DNA from: Rebecca billardiae RCC1528
Lineage: Eukaryota > Protista > Haptophyta
Direction: 5' to 3'
Assembly: GCA_965240325.2 (NCBI GenBank)
Contig: OZ251224.1
Span: forward strand, 2,046,001-2,110,000
DNA: 64,000 nucleotides
Shown here piece by piece: positions 57,210-64,000 of this stretch; position 1 is the stretch's first letter; each line of letters starts with the position of its first letter. The notes beneath the pieces are model-generated. The model had not been told where the DNA came from. It made no database searches and worked only from the letters and a program-made list of their open reading frames with translations. The position numbers and the translations under genes were made by a program.

Positions 57210-57533
57210 ATGACCGAGCAGTCTCAGTCCAAGCAAGAGGATTTGACTCAGCTGGTCGCGTCGCTGGAGACGCACTTTGTGGATCTTGAGCGCGAGCTCG
57301 CCGGCATCGCGAGCGACATCGAGACGTGCGACGCACTACTCGCCAAGTACGGGGACGTCTTCAGCCCATCACTCCACCATCTGCGACAGCTGTACGCGAG
57401 CAAGAAGTTGCGCATGCGTGAAATCGTCGAGCTGATGGAGGGATTCCACCGGCACATTTCCAGCGGGCGGCGGCTCGTGCGATCGATCGCCTCCGACCAG
57501 ACGGTTGCGCGCAACATCGTCTTCAGCCCGTGA
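57210..57533 (+). CDS. Hypothetical 107-aa coiled-coil protein
   Basis: Non-repetitive heptad-like composition (LTQLVASLETHFVDLERELAGI). Divergent from the carrier gene, like other gene pairs here. Confidence 0.6.
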   Translation: MTEQSQSKQEDLTQLVASLETHFVDLERELAGIASDIETCDALLAKYGDVFSPSLHHLRQLYASKKLRMREIVELMEGFHRHISSGRRLVRSIASDQTVARNIVFSP

Positions 57534-57853
57534 CTTCGGAGGGGTAATAACTCGGCGCCCGCCGGCCACGCGGCGGCCTGACAGGACGAAGGACAGGTCA
57601 GTCTAAAAGCGACTGTTCACGAGTCAGGACTGCTGGGCCTTGAAGGCTGGGCCGACGAACTCCAGACTCAGACAGAGCTGGTCGCTCGCAAGGGCGCTCT
57701 GCTCTGGAGCTTGGGCCCGCGGAGTCGTGCCCGCAGCCAGGCAGCCACTGAGCCACAACCCGGGGCCGGGCGGCCCCGGCGGGGAAAGACTGGAAGACTG
57801 AAGGACCAACCACGCATTCCGGCAAAACGTCGAAAACGATCGCAACGCAGCGA

Positions 57854-58609
57854 CACTCCAACCGGTCCAGACCTCAGGATTATCCTTAACGTGCACGCCA
57901 GTGGGCGCCCACTGGCGTGCACGTTAAAGGGTTTCGTCAGGTTGGCGCGCGCTGGGGCGGACGCTCCCGCCGCCACCTCGCTCTCGCCTTCCGCCGCCAG
58001 GGCGAGGCCGCGCGAAGTCCAGTAGATCTTCCGATGGGACGCAGCGGGGCGGTAGCGAAGCGGTGAACTACTGTCGCTTGCGCGTGGCGCAGCGCTTCGC
58101 GCCCTCGCACCTCGACGGTCAGCTGCAGGCCCGCGAGAGCGCGAGCGTGCGCCGCCGCCACATTCAGCCAGAGCCATGCCGCGCCTTGCCTGCCGAGGCA
58201 GCAAAGAGGCACGCACGTGAAGCCGCTGGGCACCATGGCGCGCGCCCACGACCGTACTGTCACATGGCTCACGCCGTCCTGGGATGCGCGCCTCGGGTTG
58301 CGCTCAGCGCGCGCATACTTTGCGGGGACGACAGCACGGCTGAAGCCGAGAGGCGGCGCACACGCCCGTGCGGGCTCAAGGCGCGGAGAAGATGGGCAGA
58401 CGCGAGTCGCCCGACGCAGGGCGGCGCAGAAAGGCTCTATGCCTCTGCCCGACGGCGTGCGCCATCGCCGCGTGCACGTCTACGACCACGGCGGCGCGGC
58501 AGCCGGCGGCGCCTCGCGGCGGATGGCTGTGGCGGCGCACGCGGCGCACACGGCGGGTTTTGAATTTCCGAGTTTCCCAAATCCTGAGGTCTGGACCGGT
58601 TGGTCAGTG
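57854..58609. mobile_element. Probable MITE-like element: 24-bp inverted repeats with an internal 42-bp perfect palindrome
   Basis: CCAACCGGTCCAGACCTCAGGATT (57858-57881) and its exact reverse complement (58580-58603). Outer CACT/AGTG. TSD not clean. Confidence 0.5.
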
Positions 58610-58771
58610 ACGATGGCGTCACCAAGGACCACCCTGGTTGGCGTCACCGCATGTCTCGAGGGTCGGAAATCGGAACAGACAAAACTTGCTGTGGCCGCCA
58701 CACCGATCTCGCGTCGGCAATCCTCGGCCTCGGCGTGCCCGATTGAGACAGCGGCTGGGCTGGGCAACGAC

Positions 58772-60304
58772 ATGTCGCCTCGCACCTCTCTCCTCATCGT
58801 GGGGGTGATGGCAGCGGTCGCGCCATGCGCAGGACTTGCCACGGCGTCCGTGCGCGGGGCGCAGCGCGTCATGCTTGGTGCTGGCGCGCGCGCCGCCAGG
58901 CCGATCATGCCGCCTGTGGCGCGCGCGGGGTGGGAGGTTCAGTCGGCGCTACGCCGCCGAGCGGTGGTCAGCTGGAGCAGCGCTACTGACGACGAGGATT
59001 CGCTCGAGTCCGACACCGCATCGGAGCCGCTGGAGGAGGATTTTGCCGTTGCAGATGACGATCCCGAATGCAGCATTGGCAACCCGACGGCATGTCTCCC
59101 GGAGGGCGGCCTGCTTTCCAAGCTGCTCGAGTGGCAGGAGAGCGGCGTCGGGGGCTTCGTTCTCCTTGCAGCCACGGCCGTGTCGCTTGGTCTCGCCAAC
59201 TGGCCGGCGACCAGTGCGGCATGGCTGAACGTTTGGACCGCGCCGCGGAGCCTTGCGGTGGCGGGTCATGCGCTCAGCCTCAAGGGCTGGGTGAACGAGG
59301 GGCTCATGGCCATCTTCTTTGTCGTCGTCGGGCTGGAGATCAAGCAGGAGCTGCGGGTTGGGTCCCTCAGGTCTCCGAAGAAGGCCATCCTACCGTGCAT
59401 CGCCGCGCTGGGCGGGATGCTCACCCCGATGGCGGTCTTCGCGGCACTCAACTACGGCCGCGCCGGCGGCTCGCTCGCTGCCATGGCTGTCCCGATGGCC
59501 ACTGACATTGCTTTCGCCATGGCGATCTTCTCTCTTTTCCAGAGCCGCATGCCCTCGAGCTCCTCCGCGTTCCTGCTCACTCTGGCGACGGTCGACGACC
59601 TCGGCGCGATCCTCGTCCTCGCGACGTGCTACGCGTCGCACATCGCTCCCATCTTCCTGGGCGGCGCCGCGCTCGTTTCGGTCGCGATGGCTGTGCTCGG
59701 CCGCCAGCAGGCGTCGAAGTCGGGCAAGGGCGACGTGAAGCTGTTCGTGGCGGGCGGATCGGCGCTCTGGTGGCTCCTGCTGCGCTCGGGTGTGTCGGCT
59801 GACATCGCCGGCGTCATCGTCGGCCTGTGCGTCTCCACGCGCGCCATGGCCAACGGCGAGGAATTCGCTGAGCGGCTGATCAGCTGGCTCTCGCCCCTCG
59901 CGACCTTCCTCATCATGCCCACCTTCGCGCTCGCCAACACGGCCGTGCCGCTCGCAGACGCGTTCTCGGCGACCGCCCGGCGCTCGCTGCTTCCGGCCTA
60001 CGGCATCGCCGCAGGCCTCCTCATCGGCAAGCCCATCGGGATCTTTGGCTTCACCTGGCTCGCCGAGAAGCTCAACATTGCCGCGCTGCCGACTGGGATG
60101 GACCTGCGCCATCTCGCGGTCGTGTCCGTGCTGGGCGCGATCGGCTTTACGATGTGCCTGCTGCTGACCGAGGTGTCGTTGCCGGCGTCACTGGCGGCCC
60201 TGCCCAAGCTGTCGGTGCTCATCGCCTCCGGCATCGCCTCCATCTTGGCCGCCGCTATGATGCGTTTCGGCCTCAAACCGATCGACCAGGCCAAGTTGGC
60301 CTGA
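58772..60304 (+). CDS. nhaA: NhaA-type Na+/H+ antiporter with probable bipartite plastid leader
   Basis: WVNEGLMAIFFVVVGLEIKQE, AALGGM, PMATDIAFA, FLLTLATVDDLGAI, GKPIGI, GIGFTM-like GAIGFTM. N-terminal hydrophobic signal followed by an Arg/Ala-rich segment. Confidence 0.9.
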   Translation: MSPRTSLLIVGVMAAVAPCAGLATASVRGAQRVMLGAGARAARPIMPPVARAGWEVQSALRRRAVVSWSSATDDEDSLESDTASEPLEEDFAVADDDPECSIGNPTACLPEGGLLSKLLEWQESGVGGFVLLAATAVSLGLANWPATSAAWLNVWTAPRSLAVAGHALSLKGWVNEGLMAIFFVVVGLEIKQELRVGSLRSPKKAILPCIAALGGMLTPMAVFAALNYGRAGGSLAAMAVPMATDIAFAMAIFSLFQSRMPSSSSAFLLTLATVDDLGAILVLATCYASHIAPIFLGGAALVSVAMAVLGRQQASKSGKGDVKLFVAGGSALWWLLLRSGVSADIAGVIVGLCVSTRAMANGEEFAERLISWLSPLATFLIMPTFALANTAVPLADAFSATARRSLLPAYGIAAGLLIGKPIGIFGFTWLAEKLNIAALPTGMDLRHLAVVSVLGAIGFTMCLLLTEVSLPASLAALPKLSVLIASGIASILAAAMMRFGLKPIDQAKLA

Positions 60305-60639
60305 GCCGGAGCGCGCGCGCACGCGACGCTGCACACGAGAAGCCACTCGCCAGCTTGGCAGCACCGTGCACGGCTGCTGCGGCCCGCCGATGATCTATGC
60401 CGTCGACGGACGGGCAGATATCGAGCAGCCAATCTGGCAAGTCCGTGCGTCGATCTGCCGCCGGATGTTCGCGACTACCAGTCACCACACCGTTGCTACT
60501 TGCTCCGACGCGACGACTATTGAGACTCATAGTGGCTAGTGCGCGCCGCTCCGCGCATCTGATGTATCGATCTGATGCATATCAATTATCATGCTGCATG
60601 TATTCCGGGATCCGGAATCTGCCAGGCGGCAGACGGAGA

Positions 60640-60790
60640 AAGATCGATCGAGACTCGAGAGATGAGACTCCGAGAGATCGATCGATCGATCCGGATATCG
60701 ATCGATCGATGCATGTATATATCGATCGTCGATCGATCGATGTACATCGATGTATATATATCATCGATCGATCGAGAGAGAGATGAGAGA
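60640..60790. repeat. Degenerate (GATC)n / (GA)n low-complexity tract
   Basis: Repeated atcgatcgatcg interspersed with gaga and tata. Confidence 0.85.
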
Positions 60791-61870
60791 GAGCTTATGA
60801 TTATATGAGAATGCTCCATGATGCAGTAGCTAGTCGCTAGACGACAGTTGTGAGACTCGACTACTATCGATGAGGCCTGGCAGCGGGTCCCACTGCTGTT
60901 TGTCACGGTTGAATGATCGATCCGATCGTCGGAGCAGCTTGCAGTTGCTGCTGCTGATTTATGTACTCAGCGACTGTATACTGTAATAGTACTGAGTTAC
61001 TAGCTACTGCTGAGACTAATAATTAACGTCCAGCCATGACCGCGACGATCAGCCGATCAGCGCACTTCCGCAGTATTATTAGTGTCTGAGCACTTCCATC
61101 CTCCATCCACTCTCCGCATCCAGTCACTGCCAAAGCCAAAGGCAAACGGAAGACTAGTCTAACCAGTGGCAGCTAATACGACAAGGCAGCGTGGAAAAGT
61201 TAAACGGCCGTCGCCAGCGAAGCCACTTGCCCACTACATTCTAATCATCACCGTCGTAGATCGACTCTATTAGGCCAGTGGCTATCTGCTGCTACAGTAG
61301 TCCGCACGGTCCGCTCCACTCACCACTGTGGATACATACTGCCTTCATCAATAAGTCCATAATATTAGCTCTGCTGCGATTGCCCCCTGCTGGGCGGCTC
61401 TCATGGCCTCGAGCTACAGGCCTAGCAATTATGTGAATTGACTGCGGATATCGTCCGCTCGTATAGCGCTGGCACCGGCTGATTTTTATTGCTATTTGCT
61501 GATGCTGCTGATGCCATAAATATATATAAAATATACGATTTCGTATGATATCATAATAAGCTGCATCACGCTGCTCATCATATCACCGAAGTTGACTGGT
61601 GTATATGATGAAGTGATGATAATTCGTCTGCGGCTACTTTCTAGCTCATCAGTAGCTAGCTGTAATACGACTATTAGTTACCAGCAGTCGGCGCGGAACC
61701 GCGGAGCCGGAAGGCGACGACGGATGCTGCCACCTGCCCCGGAGGCAGGCCACTGCACCGCTCCAAACTTCGGCAGTCAGCCCACGACACCGTCCGCCCC
61801 ACGCGGAGAGGAGTGATGACGAGGCATCTCCAGGGTTCGCCGCACACGGTGCCAGAGCAGGCGACGATTG

Positions 61871-62516
61871 TCAGCAGTCACGCTGATGGCTCAGAATCTG
61901 CTCCGCACCCATGTTGAGCAAGCACGTGAGTGTGTGATGATGCACAGCCTTGCCTGAGAGATATTCAGAGGCCTCATCCAGCGCAAACCATCGTCGACCT
62001 CTCTTCGACGACTCTTCCCACACGTCGAGCTCCTCGTCGACGAAGAGGACGAACGTGGCTGTTCGTGTGCGTGACGCATCATCCACAAAGTCGTCCAGGC
62101 GTGGCCCCACCCTGCCTAGCACACCAGCCTCTTCCATGGCCTCACGCTGGGCAGCACCGCTCGGTGATTCGCGTCCCTCGACACCGCCGCCAGGAAATAT
62201 GAACTTCCCTGGGGGACACGCATTGATGAGTGGGGTATGATCAGCCTGGCGAGCACGCACGCGTCACTCGCGCGGGCCGAGGTCCTGTCGCACCTTTTTT
62301 CTTGATGCTCTCCACGAGGAGCACGTCGATCTTGCCGCTCGAGGTGACACGAATGGGCGCGCAGGCTGCACGCTCTCGCAATCCAGCGAGGCCAAGCCGT
62401 CGCATCCAACTCCAGATGAAGCGCCATAGCCCTTTCCAAGACGGTCGCTGCAGGAAGACCGCCATGCTTGTGATGGCGTTCGCCTGGGCGATGGCGGCCT
62501 GCATTCGCGTCTTCAT
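61871..62516 (-). CDS. NUDIX hydrolase, DIPP/NUDT3-like; intron 62209-62293
   Basis: RERAACAP...VLLVESIKKK|GKFIFPGGGVEGRESPSGAAQREAMEEAGV (Nudix box), WEES..RGRRWF. Start is 62516 or 62504. Confidence 0.85.
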
Positions 62517-62633
62517 TTTCGATTTTAGTACAGCAGCAGCCACAGCCAATTAGTTGCCACAGCGCCACATTTTCGGCTGCTGTGCAAACCGTTCCGCGTC
62601 CGCGCCCGCGTACCGGCACCTAGGACCTCCAAG

Positions 62634-64000
62634 TCAAGCACTGCCGGCCGCCCGGACCACGAGGCGCGACTCAACCTGATAGAAGTTGGCAATCTCGCCG
62701 TCCCCGATACCGGGAACCGCACCGCGCATCTGCTCGCGGTGCGCGCGAGGATGGGCAGGCGCCATGTGAGGAATGGCCAGGCGGGTCCCAAGCGAACAGC
62801 GCGTGAATAGGTCGCTCGCCGACGGCGCGGTCTGGTGCGCGGCGTACCTGAAGCGCCATGGCACGGCGCAGGACGGCCCGCATGTTGGTGTTGGGGTCGT
62901 TCACAGCGAACGTGAACGAGCGCTGCGCGTAGGTCTCCACCCACCATCTGGGCACGCGCCACGCGAGGGATGTGAGCGCGCATGGTAATTCGTGAGGGTG
63001 AGGTACCGTACACCCAGTGCTCTTGGCGCGCTCGGGGTCTAGCGCGCAGCGCGCGCTCACCGTAGCGCCCGTGTGCCGAGCCCGGCCCTGCGGTGCGCTC
63101 TAGACACGAAGAGATGGTGCAGCTGCGGCAGGATGTCGTCGCTCTGCGACTGCCCGGAGTGGAGAATGTATCCGAGCGCCTCGGTTGCTGCGTCCGCGTC
63201 TTCCGCATGCGCGACTGGCACGAGCAAGTGCACGTGAAAGGGTGAGATGATCGCACCGCCGGTGGGGAAGAGGCCGATGCGCTCGTCCTCCGAATGGAAC
63301 TCGGCGCCGAGGCGGCGAAGGCGCTCGTCGGCATAGTTGGTGCAGCGCAAGAACGACAGGGGTGCCTCCTCCGCTGCTGCGCGGGCGTCCATCTGGGCGT
63401 CAATGCGTGCCGCGGCCGAGAAGAGGTTGGCCAAGATCGAGTCGCCTGCGCCCAGCCCACCAGCCAGGCGCTCGGCGCGCGCGAGCTGCGGCTGCTCACG
63501 AGGCTGTTGGGAAGTCGCGGCAGGCGCGACCTCAATGCAAGCCTCGGTATGCGGCCCCGTCGCCGCGGCAGTTGCGTCGGCTCGCCGAACGGGCTCGGGC
63601 CGATGGAACTGAGCCTCCGGCCGCAGGGCGCTGGGCGCACCCGAGCCATGCGCGAATCGCGCGGGCGCAGAGCCGACGGGCATGCCGCCGCCTCCCCCGC
63701 TCAGGCTGCACCCATGAAGCCTCGGCAGCACCGAGCGGGGGTTGTCTCCGGGCAGCTCGCACGCCATGGCACTGGTGGAGTCCGACGCGGTGTCCACGTT
63801 CTGGCCGAGGCTGGTGTGTTCCATGCGCCGAACCACCTGGAGGTAGCCCTCGCACTGCATGTGCTCCCATGCGTGCTGACACACGTCGCCCGCGCCCTCG
63901 CTGCCATCGGAGGATTCGTCGCCCGGAGCCGTGCTGTCGGCGAGCGCGGGCTCGGCACGCGAGAGCGTCGCGCGAGATGCGTCGCGCGAGATCGCGTCAT
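62634..64000 (-). CDS. GNAT-fold acetyltransferase domain protein, 5' end probably beyond the window; introns 62948-63060 and 62730-62847
   Basis: LHHLFVSRAHRRAGLGTRAL(R)|WWVE...FAVNDPNTNMRAVL (acetyl-CoA motif A, RxxGxG). The frame stays open to the window edge. Confidence 0.65.

Noticed and set aside
58217-58771. 185-aa N-terminal extension of the NhaA ORF
   Set aside because: Runs through the inverted-repeat element, starts at a non-ATG codon and has no protein-like features. ATG 58772 gives a plausible signal peptide.

Overview
This is very GC-rich (~70% by eye) eukaryotic nuclear DNA with short, GC-rich GT-AG introns. A chlorophyll synthase with a signal-peptide plus transit-peptide leader points to an alga with a complex plastid, most plausibly a haptophyte (Pavlovales-like; inference). 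About 27 host genes are present, many in tight head-to-head pairs: K2P channel with EF-hands, DPH3, VPS20, formin, F-box/RCC1, DDX51, SIRT7, Sel1-MYND, NT5DC, GRWD1, ChlG, CaMK-like kinase, GT49, two AP2 factors, BBOX-like dioxygenase, F-box, TIM13, SURNod19, SLC25A19, NhaA, NUDIX and GNAT. AT-richer islands between genes hold the mobile DNA. The main unexplained structure is a family of non-autonomous elements: five full-length copies of 1.3-2.9 kb plus a 5' fragment. They have conserved asymmetric ends (5' GGCCCGCGGTGCA, a subterminal inverted copy of it, and a terminal GACCGCG-GAA-CGCGGTC hairpin ending TCAT), a one-sided TNAT target preference and shuffled internal cargo. A filled and an empty site of the same locus both lie in the window. 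Also present: a Galileo/P-like foldback element with ~399-bp TIRs, a Copia element retaining only RT-RNaseH, a TRIM nested in one of the asymmetric elements, and a tandem duplication that created a chimeric AP2 gene whose substitutions cluster in the DNA-binding domain. All calls come from reading motifs and aligning by eye; no database searches were run.
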